A stretch of 62,643 nt of DNA, filler included, from Myxococcota bacterium (lineage in GTDB: Bacteria > Myxococcota_C > UBA6777), in NCBI GenBank assembly GCA_023150835.1. It is 3 parts of 3 records of this genome, joined end to end, with 100 filler letters (N's around TTAATTAATTAA, not from the genome) between each part and the next. Parts side by side here need not be neighbours in the genome. Positions count along the whole stretch, not along the records: positions 17,359 to 46,107 come from JAKLKB010000144.1; positions 46,208 to 62,643 come from JAKLKB010000145.1; 1 more part is not named here. One strand, 5' to 3'. How positions within the stretch are numbered: the stretch's first letter is position 1; every line of letters starts with the position of its first letter. Below the pieces are notes generated by a model. It saw only the letters and a list, made by a program, of their open reading frames with translations. It had not been told where the DNA came from and did not search any database. The position numbers and the translations under genes were made by a program. This document shows positions 41,401 through 53,700 of this stretch, in pieces.

Positions 41401-42222
41401 AAAACTCCGTTCTTGGTCCCCGTTGTTTCGGGGATCTTGCAAATTTCTCTTGAAGTCTCCGATGGCAAGACATGGAGCTTGCCTGTCGATGCCTTTCTCG
41501 CCGTCAACGACGACAAAAACCAAGTCCCTGTCGCCCACGCAGGAGCCGATCAGACTGTTCGTCTTGGTCACACCGCCCGTCTTGATGGCTCACGCAGCTA
41601 CGACAAAGACCCCACAGATACGCTCTCCTACCATTGGCGCTTGATCGAGCCCCAAGGGGCTGCTGTCTTGCTCAATACCGCCGAACCCATGAGTCCCTAC
41701 TTTGCCGCACAAGACCCCAAGATCCCTCGCTATCTCTTTGGCTTGCGTGTCGACGATGGAAAGGTCCGTTCGATCGAGTCCCGCGTTCTACTCTCCGTCG
41801 AAGGAGCCAACCAACCTCCCGTCGCACAAATCGAAACCATCGGCGAAGTCTTCGTCGGCCAAGAGATCACTCTTGATGGCTCCCGTAGCTTCGACCCCAA
41901 CAACGAATCCCTCTCTTATCGCTGGAAGCAGATCGAAGGAAAACCCGTCCCCGCTCAGTCATGGACTTCACCAACCCTCACCTTCCTCGTCGAATCCGAA
42001 GGCTCCTACACCTTCCAACTCCAAGTCTCCGATGCCAGCGGCGCTTCTTCCGCCCCTGATACCCTGACCTTTCGCGCCAAAAACAAAGGCGTCTTTGTCG
42101 GCTGCTCTTGCCAATCCAACCCTCTTTCCCCACTCTTGCCCTTCTCTTGGTGGATCGTTGTCCTGTTCTTCTTCCGCCGCAACCGCCGTCGCCCCACCAT
42201 CCGCCCTCACACTCCCCGATAA
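35449..42222 (+). CDS. large surface protein with putative Ig/cadherin-like and PKD-type repeats, MYXO-CTERM-like tail
   Basis: Many NxxP..DPD..APxGM..G.L.WTP repeats, then LDxSxSxD..Y.W.Q repeats; ends GCSCQ-hydrophobic-RRNRRR; start uncertain. Confidence 0.85.
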   Translation: MRVCWCVGWRLALYRVGVWGYTSVWSLLCWGFWGFCVQAQASPAFVSTPVTKAPVGDLYRYLVRVWRPDRREARLSVQLKGVPAWGNFRLVMLGRVGCCVWQAVLTGRLTVEDAGKKAGIVLEAVDVAEPTSVATQRFQLEVAPKNRPPAFTPPTALQREVRRGEKYVYSPQVQDADHAASQVSLSLVEGPLGMTWDAGAGQLVWQTGAADVGLHGVVMRAIDPLGGVGVLRYLLDVKPENSPPVFVSVPLEGAALGEPYVYALRARDPEAQDTLLYTLKQGPAGMSVHPTGLLVWPTPSGAGSAHAVSVEVRDRSSGGLSAQQNWTLKVFANNQRPQIVSQSPIEATQGAVYRALIQATDADPSDSLRFVLEQAPVGAQILAKDSRSAEVTWTPRPEEVGLQTLVVRVDDGRGGVAWSRTPIHVQDINDPPTFVAPWPLAVAVQGKVYRTQIFAKDPDVGARLRFLPLRLPAGMRLDGETGWLYWTPDATHVGKPQEVELTVEDQQGLRAKSPLRWTIQVIGEASPPVFASVPASFSLVQGQAWRFVISASHPDPNQRTIRYRIEDAPLGMQINESTGEILWTPTREDVGKHLVWIEAWNDAGLRAQQALSLEVRGINQAPVLDTRLSNPGGAAMVGVMYTYLPVVRDPDGDRLRFSLERAPVGMSVEETGWVAWTPKETDADQTFRFVWVARDPSGLEARQEITLKVYPKNQPPSIKQETLSKLRSLYKLPADRAWEFLLPSASDADRDALTYVLEDAPEGVTLTTLKETTEDLYVGRLSWTPNTQQIGLHALRIRIEDGRGGIFRLRLMVEVGVPEFLGANEQPVIQSEPPTRAAVGRAMFYQPRIQEIIPTVGTWLFALDSGAPSGMSIDVQSGRLAWTPKASDAGAAHTVRLLAKKFDASQKVLFSLEQSFVLWVEVVASGLPSQGGASAAGDQDQPFSSSFQLLQDHSTAWSFVRLIEGPSGLEVAPYSGVGRWLPNARDVGTHKVVLQIEAEGEQRMITGSLVIKDRNDPPMISSLPWLGLVAGTTANMTLSASDGLDLPPDTPLLWSLWQAPSGASIVASSFPSGLSWNPLASDIGRRLLVLEAEDQRGAKAVQASVLNVVGQNRPPTWTKQPVGLPAAIALITGQMWKSTVAATDPDGDRVRYRIAAAPEGLVIGEVSGELLWTPPPKAVGSFLAEVQAVDPNGGVASLQIPFEVARGTDTGPRFLSQPPLFAQAGENYRYELRVDDPNDAPSALQISLAQAPQGMVFDPQSRTLSWPVPAATQGLFSVSLVVADASGLTATQSYLLSVRSLPEAPKILSSPPSRITEGERLIYPVLVSKHADVSVSFSLLQAPSGMEIHAQSGVVSWTPNAQDARTREHTVEIAVVDTRGESATQRFALWVEGRNATPRFVSAICPEAIAGQKYNCVVKAEDLDRRPSEGGSWLFFRLRSAPEGMSIPASAQGVRLTDGSSVATVLLEWTPRTNQVGNFLVVFEVRDSDGDIAVSEYSIRVSSEQKGPIANAGEDRKGIFPQEIELDGSESIAPEGATESLRYQWQVRQSPADEKIRILDAEARRARVILRRAGDYLFQLTVRSGAQESLPDLVEVSVRNVPPNAAVDAPLRVETLPEGTPRKIYTLIGQVGQEIALDASPSDDANGDPLRFSWSQLRKESPLEVPQVDIKDPQETKARFIPTQAGVYRFQLRVEDIPSQSDISPLQSTATLEVIVHDPSASPVYVPMALLLAPEQGAINEAIRLDASRSVAPFGKIVSYQWRLLTQGEQVRLDKDPQSPTIARLTASLPGYYLVALSVEADVQGKRILSQEQVVGVRVEGQSNTNRLPIAIAASAHATYETWFQLDASQSLDPAGSQLTFRWVQIDGPSVALRDEKTARPTFFVLRQADYRFRLWVRGGPLTQQASLESAPIDILIRANPKANQPPIAQHNGDLAGERSLKAGIALNKGILDASQSNDPEGEALRFRWRLVGGFPTPLKDDQSKTPFLVPVVSGILQISLEVSDGKTWSLPVDAFLAVNDDKNQVPVAHAGADQTVRLGHTARLDGSRSYDKDPTDTLSYHWRLIEPQGAAVLLNTAEPMSPYFAAQDPKIPRYLFGLRVDDGKVRSIESRVLLSVEGANQPPVAQIETIGEVFVGQEITLDGSRSFDPNNESLSYRWKQIEGKPVPAQSWTSPTLTFLVESEGSYTFQLQVSDASGASSAPDTLTFRAKNKGVFVGCSCQSNPLSPLLPFSWWIVVLFFFRRNRRRPTIRPHTPR

Positions 42223-42243
42223 CATCCGAGCGATGGGCTTGGC

Positions 42244-42365
42244 GTTGTTTTGCGGGGCTTTGTCCCACGCCCCACCATCGATGATCGCTCCTTGACCCCG
42301 TGCCGGCGAACAGAGCAGCATTTTTCAACCAGACCACTCCGTCGCTTGATCGGGCCCGAACACGG
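42244..42365 (-). repeat. family 2 repeat, reverse copy
   Basis: Reverse complement ccgtgttcg...tcaagcgac...ttgaaaaa...cggggtcaagg...gggcgtgggacaaagcccc. Confidence 0.75.
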
Positions 42366-42748
42366 GGGGGGTTGAAGCATGGCGCGGGCCTCTTCACGAT
42401 CCACTCGTTTTTTCGATGTTGCTTTTTTCATCGTTGCTTGAGGTGTCCAAAGAATGGACAGATGGGCAGATTTATTGTGAGATGGATCACAGTTTTTAGA
42501 AAAAGAGCGGAAGGGCGAAACCGAGGGGGTGGTGGGGTACGGATCGCGTAAAAAGCCTTTTGTTTTTGGGGAGATCGTGGGGGGGGGTGGAAGCAAGGAA
42601 TATTCTTTGACTTGATGCGGGGCGCAGACAACAGAAACCGAGACCTTCTTGGGTGGGGATATCGCCGTGGAAGAGAAAATGATCGGGGTTTCCAAACGAA
42701 GAGACAACGAGTCTTTTCGAGAGCGCAAAGCGCAGAAGGAGAACGGCC

Positions 42749-43480
42749 ATGAAAAGCGCAGAGATGTTGATCGAGAAGCCGGATCTGGGTACGAAGATCG
42801 CGCCTGCTGCCCATGATCGGAGCCAGCGTAAGATTGTTGTTCGTTCTCATACGCCTGTGATCTACTACTATCCGTCGATCGTGATGGCGTTGTTTTGCGG
42901 TTTGATGGTCCCGACGGATGGCAGTGGCGTGTGGGCAGGGTTGTTTTTGACCACCTTCTTCGCCAATACGGTGGTGGTGCTGTTCGATTTTAACTCGCTG
43001 CGGACGTTGTTTTTGGGCTTGGTGGCAGCGGTGTTGGGCTTGTTGATCTGGCACTTTGGTTTGGGTTGGTTGATCTCGCAGTCGCTGTCTTTGCTGCACG
43101 TTCGGATGAACAGCCACGCTTTTTTCACGTTCGCGGGCTTCTTTGGTTTCTTGATTCTGTGCGACTTTGTGTGGGCGCACCTCAACCGTTGGGAGTTTTC
43201 CGCCAACGAAGTCAAGCACGTTCAAACGTTTGCGGGTCACTCCACCAACTATCCGGGGCGCGCACTCAACTTTCGTGTCCTGACCACCGATGTGTTCGAG
43301 CGGCTGATCTTGGGCGCTGGAACGATGGTGCTGTTGATCGGCAAAAAGCAGGTTCGTTTGCAGAACGTGATCTTGGCGCACCACAAAGTCAAAGAACTTG
43401 AAAAGTTTGTCCGTTCCACCGGGGTTTTCGCTGACGATGCGGATGTGTTCGGTGATGATGGCGATGACGGCGACGAATAG
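42749..43480 (+). CDS. hypothetical membrane protein
   Basis: AGGAG RBS, four hydrophobic segments and a soluble C-terminal domain. Confidence 0.8.
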   Translation: MKSAEMLIEKPDLGTKIAPAAHDRSQRKIVVRSHTPVIYYYPSIVMALFCGLMVPTDGSGVWAGLFLTTFFANTVVVLFDFNSLRTLFLGLVAAVLGLLIWHFGLGWLISQSLSLLHVRMNSHAFFTFAGFFGFLILCDFVWAHLNRWEFSANEVKHVQTFAGHSTNYPGRALNFRVLTTDVFERLILGAGTMVLLIGKKQVRLQNVILAHHKVKELEKFVRSTGVFADDADVFGDDGDDGDE

Positions 43481-43491
43481 CGGGGCTTGTA

Positions 43492-45973
43492 TCAGGCGAG
43501 GCGTCGTCGGAGGTAGAGTCCGAAGATCAGGACAAAGAGTAGGAAGAAGGGGAGTTGGAGGGGAGCTTGGGGGTTGGATTGGCAAGCGCAGCCTGTTTTG
43601 GGTTTGACGCAAACCGTTGTGCAATTTTTGCCTTCAACGTCGCACTCTTCGGCTTGTTCTTCGACAGGGCAGGGGAGTGTGGGCTTGGTGGCGGCGCAAG
43701 CGTTGTTTTGGCAGGATTGACCGCTCGGGCATTTGCAATCCGAAGGGCAAGAGCCGCAATGTTCGCCTTTGTCTGCTTGGCAAGAGCCGTTTCCGCAATC
43801 TTGCGCAGCGACACAGATGTTGTTTTGGCAGGCTTGGCCGCTTGGGCATCCGCAATCAGCGGCGCACGTTGCGCAGTTTTCGCTTTTGTCTGCTTGACAA
43901 GTGCCGTTTCCGCAATCTTGTGAGGCAGCGCAGACGTTGTTTTGGCAGGACTGACCGTTCGGGCATTTGCAATCAGCGGGGCAAGAGCCGCAGTGTTCGC
44001 CATTGTCGCACGTACCGTTTCCGCAGCTTTGGGACGCAACGCAGGCATTGTTTTGACAGGCTTGGCCGCTCGGACATCCGCAATCAGCGGGGCACGTCGC
44101 GCAGTTTTCGCCTTTGTCCGCTTGGCAAGTGCCGTTTCCGCAGTCTTGAACGGGGGCTTTGCAGACGCCCGCATCGCAGTTTTGTCCTGCGGGGCATTTG
44201 CAATCATTCGGGCAGTTTTGGCAGTTTTCGCCGCTGTCGCATGTGTTGTTTCCGCAATTCTTGGGAGGATCTTGGCAGAGGTTGTTGATGCACTGACGAC
44301 CGCCTGAACAAGCACAGTCTTTGGGGCAGGTCGCGCAGTTTTCACCGAGGGAGCCGTCACAAGTTCCGTTGCCACAGGCGTTGGGATCTTGGGCGACGCA
44401 ATAGCCCGCTGTTCCGAAGGCAAAGTTGCAACGCTGTCCTGCGGGGCAGGGAGCGGCGTTCGAGCAGCCACAGAAGTAGGAGCCTCCTTGGGCGGGGATC
44501 ACGCAGCTTCCGCCAAACTTGCACTGCCCGGGTTGTCCATTTTGGCAAGGCTCCATACAGAGATAGCTGTTCGTTCCAACGCCGACGCATTGAAGGCCAT
44601 CTTTGCAGAGCTCGTTTTGTGAACAAGCTTCACCCGGTCCTTTGGTTCCTGTGGGATAACAGATGCAGTCTTGGCTTTGTGCAGAGCAAGCTGTTTGGGG
44701 CGCTTGGGCATCTTTGCAGGCCGAACCAGCGAAACAGGACACGGGTCCGCTCGCAGGGGCGCACGCACCGACGCTTTGTTGAAAGAGCTTTGTGAGGGTG
44801 GCTTTGTTGCAAGTAAAGCCGCTCTTGCATTGGCTGTCTTGGCTGCACAAACAAGCGTTGACGTTGTTTCCGACTTGGAAGCACTGTCCGCCATTTCCGC
44901 TTGTGCAGGACGTATTGGAGGTACATTGCACCATGCAGATGTTGCCGCTGCTTCCCGTTTGGAAACACGTGGCCCCGTTGGAGCATCCGCCCGAACCTGT
45001 ACAGGTGGAACCCGGGGAGCCAGCAGGTGCGGAAGAGGCGGATTGACCGCAGAATTGGATACAGAGGCTTCCGCCTTGGGTGGGGGTGCATTCAAAGCCC
45101 GTTGCGCAGGGCTGTTGGTCTCCACAGGGATCGCCAAACGTCCCACCCCCCGGCTTTTGACAGAACTTGTTTCGGCAGACTTGGCCGGTGGGACAATCGG
45201 CGTCGATGCCACAGGGGCAGATCAAGTTTTCGGGGACACAAACGCGGCCCGAAGACGTGGACTGACAATCAAATCCAGTCGGGCAAAATAGGTCTGCTGC
45301 ACAAGGTTGGAGGCAGCGATCTTCGCCGCGCAGATCGAAGCACTTGTTGGAACCTGCGCATTGTCCGCTGCTACAGAACTTACAAGCGTTGGCGTCTTGG
45401 GTGACGGGCTGGGGTTTGCAGACCCCATTTTGGCAAGACTCGCCCGGACCGCAGTTTGTGTTGGCGGTGCAGGAGATCGGTGGGCAGGTTCCCGAGGTGT
45501 GAACGCATTGCTTTTGTCCGCCGCCGACATCCGAACAACGGTAGCCTGAGGGGCAACACTCGTCTTTGTCGCAGGCTTGTCCACAGCGGTTGCCTTCGGG
45601 GGTGCGGATGCAGATATCCGCCGTACCACCGCAATCATCGGGTTTGGTGCAAGGCTTACAAAGTCCCGTCACAGGGGCCACTTGGCGAGGTTCGCAGGTC
45701 TTGGAGGCTGTGTTGCAGGCAAAACAACCGCTGCAATCGGATTGTTGGGTGCAGTTGAGGCGCGGATACGTCGAGCAGATCGCCGTCACATCGTCGGCGG
45801 GGAGGTTGCGTTTGTAGGTGTTGGCCCAAAGTGGGCCGATGCCTGACGTGGCGTAATACATCAGCGCGCTCGAAAACTGGCTGTGCCCAAGGCCGATGGC
45901 ATGGCCGAATTCGTGTGAGGCTACGCTGGTGATATCGTACTCGTTGTTTTGGACGTTGTCGGCTCCCCAAGGG
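43492..45973 (-). pseudogene. matrixin (M10) metalloprotease with Cys-rich repeats and MYXO-CTERM-like tail, 5' part cut off by IS
   Basis: HEFGHAIGLGHS zinc motif and ALMY Met-turn; CGNGTC...ENCxxCPxDC repeats; GCACQ-TM-RRR; upstream of 45973 the sequence becomes IS-like. Confidence 0.8.
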
Positions 45974-46107
45974 CTTTCTCTTGGACACTTTATGTGTAAG
46001 TGGTTAGAATGACAAGCAGCGCTTTTTAAGGTACAAGAAGGAGACGATGATGTACTACATAAAGTCTGAAAGAGAATGGGCAAAAAAAACTTTAAACACA
46101 GCCAAGT
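45974..46107 (+). mobile_element. left end of IS4-family (IS50-like) element with transposase 5' end
   Basis: CTTTCTCTTGGACAC resembles IS50 end CTGACTCTTATACAC; AT-rich; AAGGAG then ATG 46047/46050 MYYIKSEREWAKKTLNTAK similar to IS50 Tnp WAKSVFSSAAL; runs into contig end. Confidence 0.7.
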
Positions 46108-46207
46108 NNNNNNNNNNNNNNNNNNNNNNNNNNNNNNNNNNNNNNNNNNNNTTAATTAATTAANNNNNNNNNNNNNNNNNNNNNNNNNNNNNNNNNNNNN
46201 NNNNNNN
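46108..46207. other. artificial contig linker
   Basis: 44 N + TTAATTAATTAA + 44 N. Confidence 0.97.
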
Positions 46208-47520
46208 AGAGGGGCGGGGAGAGGGTGGGGGGTTTTGGAGGTGTCCAACATGGAGGTGGTTTGTCGGGAGACAGGGGGTGGGGCGAGGCGGTTGCGTTGT
46301 TGTGAGTTGGGTGGGTGGATGGATATCGCGTCTCCGATATGGAGGGGTTCGGGGGCTGCACCCATTCGACCGGGAGGGGGCAACGGCGACGGTTTGGTGA
46401 TCAGGCCGTAGATGGTGTTGTGGATCAGGGGTCGAAAGCGTCGGATCTCTTCGTTGGAGCGGGAGGGATGGACGCGGTTCGTCAACAAGACGACGATGAT
46501 CGATTCGTCGCGATCGATCCAGATGGAACAGCCTGTAAACGCCAGATGCCCTACACTACATCGAGAAAACAACTCGCCTGCGGAGCTTCCTTCGGAGGAA
46601 GGCGTGTCCCATCCCAACGCCCACGTCGAACCCTCGACGATCCCTTGTGTGCGCCAAAACTCCCGAACCACCGATGGCGAGAAAAAAGAAGCGCGATCTT
46701 GACTACAACGCAACAGCGTAAGCGAAAAACGATGCAGATCAGCCATCGTTGAAAACAGGCCCGCATGCCCCGCGATCCCTCCCATCGCATGGCAGTTATC
46801 GTCGTGGACTTCGCCCACCAAGATCCGCTCTCTCCAAGGGCAGCGCTCCGTGGCAGCGACTTGACGCCCACGCAAGCGTTGTTCGCGCTTTTCGGGCTGA
46901 TGCAAAGGCAAGAAAAACGTGTCTTCCATCCCCAAAGGAGCAAAGATGTTTTCGTGGCAAAAGTCATCCAATGACGCTCCTGCGATCACCTCGATCAATC
47001 GGCCTAAGACGATGTAGCCGAGATCGCTGTAAACGGTACATTCTCCCGGTGGTAGCGTCTCCAAACGAGCGATCTCTTCGATCACCCAATCTACCGATGC
47101 TGTTCCCAACGCAGGGCCTTCTTCTTTTTGGCGCATCCGATGAAGGCGTTCATAAAATTTCAGGTGAGCGGGGAGTCCCGCTGCATGACAAAGCAGATGG
47201 CGGATCGTGATCTTTTCTTTGTTGGGCCGCGCAAACAAAGGCATCCACTTGGCGACAGGCGCGTCCAACTCCAACTCGCCCGCATCCAATAACGCCATCA
47301 CCGCTGCGGCTGTTGCGACGGGCTTGGTCAAAGACGCCACATCGAAGATGGCTTGCGCAACCAACGGAAGCTGCGCAGGTTCCAAAGCCGCCCAACCCAG
47401 CGCATGATCGTAGCGCACATCTCCCTCTCGCGATGCGCAAAGCACCGCTCCCGGAAACACGCCGCGTTTGATTGCTTGACGCAGCAACTGCAACACGGGA
47501 TCGCTGCTGTTTGTCACCAT
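46208..47520 (-). CDS. serine hydrolase (beta-lactamase family), 3'-partial
   Basis: FDVASLTK (SxxK), LLCHAAGL, YSDLG, GHAGLFS, GHLAFTG, LTNRVHP; runs into the gap. Confidence 0.9.
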
Positions 47521-47534
47521 CCTTGTCTCCTATC

Positions 47535-50711
<3,177 letters not shown>

Positions 50712-50734
50712 TCCGATCAAAGGAGGACGATATC

Positions 50735-53700
50735 ATGCGATTCTATCGGTGTTTGGTGTGGCTTGTGGTACTTTGCGCGGGGCTGGTTTGCCCCTTGGCT
50801 ACGGCAACCGCGCAGCTTTATCAGGGCGACGGCAAAGATTATGTCCTATATGTGAATCCAACCTTGTGGGTGTGGGCCAAGGAAAACAACACGACAGTGA
50901 CGGTTCGTCGGTTGGATACAGGTGCGGTGTTGGGGACGCAAACCATCGCAGCAGCGGGGGAGATGGTGAAACGCGATTTTACGGTGAACCAGATCCGCGT
51001 ACAAGCTGACAAGCCCGTCTTTGTGGCGACAGGGGTGGTGGGGACGGGAACCAACAATGATGCTTATGGAACGTATCTTTTGAGCGAAAATGGCTCACGC
51101 ATCGGACGAAGTTTCGAAGGGTACACGCGCTCCGAGGTGCTTGTTGCGTGTCAGAGAGACGCATCTTCGACAACGCCCCCAAGCGTCGAACTGATCGACG
51201 TGACCGATCGCGGGACCGCAAATGACGACAGCGTGACCTTGGGGCTTGCGCAAGCGACCTTTAGCAACACCGACGTGATCTACTGGTATCGCAACAACTT
51301 CGACGACGACCAGATCCGTGTTCGTGCGAACCTTGCTTGCGCGGTGTTGGTGGGGCATCGTTTGCGGACCAATCCTGCGGACGATTTTTCGTACACGCCG
51401 CCTTCCTTTGATCCGCGCGATGAGGGGCGGAGTGTGGGCCATCGATTTTTCACTTACGCCCACGCACCCCTCACGATCATCGCAACCGAAGACAACACGA
51501 CCATCACCATCCGCGATCTTTCGGACGGAGACGACAACCGCACGTTGACCTTGAATCGCAAGCAGTTCTTTACAACCCGACCTGCCGCGCAAACCTACAA
51601 CGGCTACTCGCAGATATCTCCCAACCCCGCGAACTTGATCGATGATGACTTTCTCGATATCTCCGCCAACAAGCCGATCGTGGTGTACGTTGGCCCGACT
51701 ACTTCCGATGTCAACGAACACTCGATCTTTGCGGAAAGTGTGCCGCGTGGAAACGGAAAGCAGGAAGCCTATTGTTTTATCCAAAACGGCGGAGCGAGCG
51801 ACTTCCAGATCTTCGCGCAAAACAGCCAAACCCAAGCGACTGTCACAACGATGGCGGGTGGAGCAAACGATACCTCGATCTTGCAACGGATCGGCCCGGG
51901 AGGGGCAGCATGGAGCGGCCCTGCCGCAGGGCCTGTGTGGTGGCAAAGTGCGGCGTATCGGTTTGAATTGGTCCATATCGAAGCGGATGCGCCGTTTACC
52001 GCGTTGTGTGGCGACTTTGATCAGGCTTCTTGGCAATCGTTCTTGCCCTTTTACGCACCCAACCGCGCCCCACAGATCGCCGCCAACAGCGCTTTGACGC
52101 GCACCATCGCCGAAGGGCAGAATCTCAACATCACCTTCACAGGCAGCGATCTCGATGGTGACACCAGCTTGACGTGGACGATCTCTCCGCTTCCTGCGGG
52201 GGCAACCATCGCAGGAACGGGCCTGACGCGCACGTTTGATTGGACGCCGAACTTCACGCAGGCCGGAACCTACCAAGTGCAGCTCAGCCTGCGCGACAGC
52301 GGGGTTCCTTCGCGCACCACCACCATCACGCTGACGATCATCGTGACGGACGTGAACCGCGCCCCCAGCATCACCTCCACCCCACCCACGACCGCAACCG
52401 AAGACAGCCTCTACAGCTACAAACCGACTGCCACCGATCCCGATCCCAACACGACCTTCACATGGCGGTTTGCGAAAGATGCAAACGGTGCGGATATCGC
52501 TCCACAAGGCGCAACCATCAATCCCAATACAGGCGAGATATCGTGGACGCCCGGAGATGCCGATGCCAACAAGGAATTCGACTTTGCCATCGAAGTTTGC
52601 GACAACGCCACTCCACCCGCTTGCACCAAACAATCGTGGAAAACCAAAGTTACCAACGTCAACGATCCACCCTCGATCACTTCAACTCCCCCCAACAGCG
52701 GGCGCGACGGTAGCCCTTATCGCTACAAACCAACCGTCACGGATCCTGATACGGGAAGCACATTCACATGGAGAAAAAAGAGCGGACCTGCGGGCGTGAG
52801 CGTCGATCCAAATACGGGCGAAGTGGCATGGACCCCCGATGCTTCGGATGCACAAGCAGGCTCGCGAGAGATCGAGATCGAAGTCTGCGACAATGCCACG
52901 CCTCCCGCTTGTGTGCTCCAAAAATGGACGGTCAACGTGAGCCGCACCAATCAAGCACCCTCGATCACAAGCACCGCTCCCGACAAAGCTTTTGTCGGTC
53001 AAGACCTCGGGTATACGCCGACGGCAACGGATCCTGATCCCAATAGCGTCTTGACATGGCGGTTTGTGAAAGATGCAAGCGGCGCGAATATCGCTCCTCA
53101 GGGCGCAACCATCGATCCCAACACAGGAAAGATCACATGGACCCCAAGCGCCAACGACGCAGGAAAAGATATCGATTTTGCCATCGAAGTTTGCGACAAC
53201 GCCACTCCGCCGCTTTGTACCACGCAGCGTTTTCGCACGCGGGTTCACCGCCCTTGCCAAGTCGACGCGGATTGTCCGACTTCAGAGATCTGTTCCGCAA
53301 AGACCTGCCGTCCTGCGGGCTGTTCAAACCAAAGCATCTCCTGCGCAGCGGAGCAATTTTGCCGAGACGGCCAATGTCTCGAAGATATCTGCAAAAAAGG
53401 CACACTGACCTGCACAGCGCCACAGTTTTGCCGACCGGGAGATCCGGCCTGTATCGGTTCGTGCGCAGGAGTTTCTTGTGCGAGCGATGAGCGATGTCGC
53501 GGGGGAGCCTGCGCAAAAGACCCATGCAACGGGATCTCCTGTCAAGGCGGGAAAGTCTGTGCCGAAGGCCAATGTGTGACGGAGCATTGCAACCAAGCCA
53601 ACGCTTGCAAACACGGTCGTTTGTGTCGCTCGGATCTCCAGATCTGCCAAGAAGATCTCTGCAAAAGCATCACTTGTCCCCAAGGCCAATTGTGCAAAGA

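Noticed and set aside
46208-47520. Beta-lactam resistance gene
   Set aside because: Motifs fit the broad serine hydrolase/esterase family; no evidence for true beta-lactamase activity
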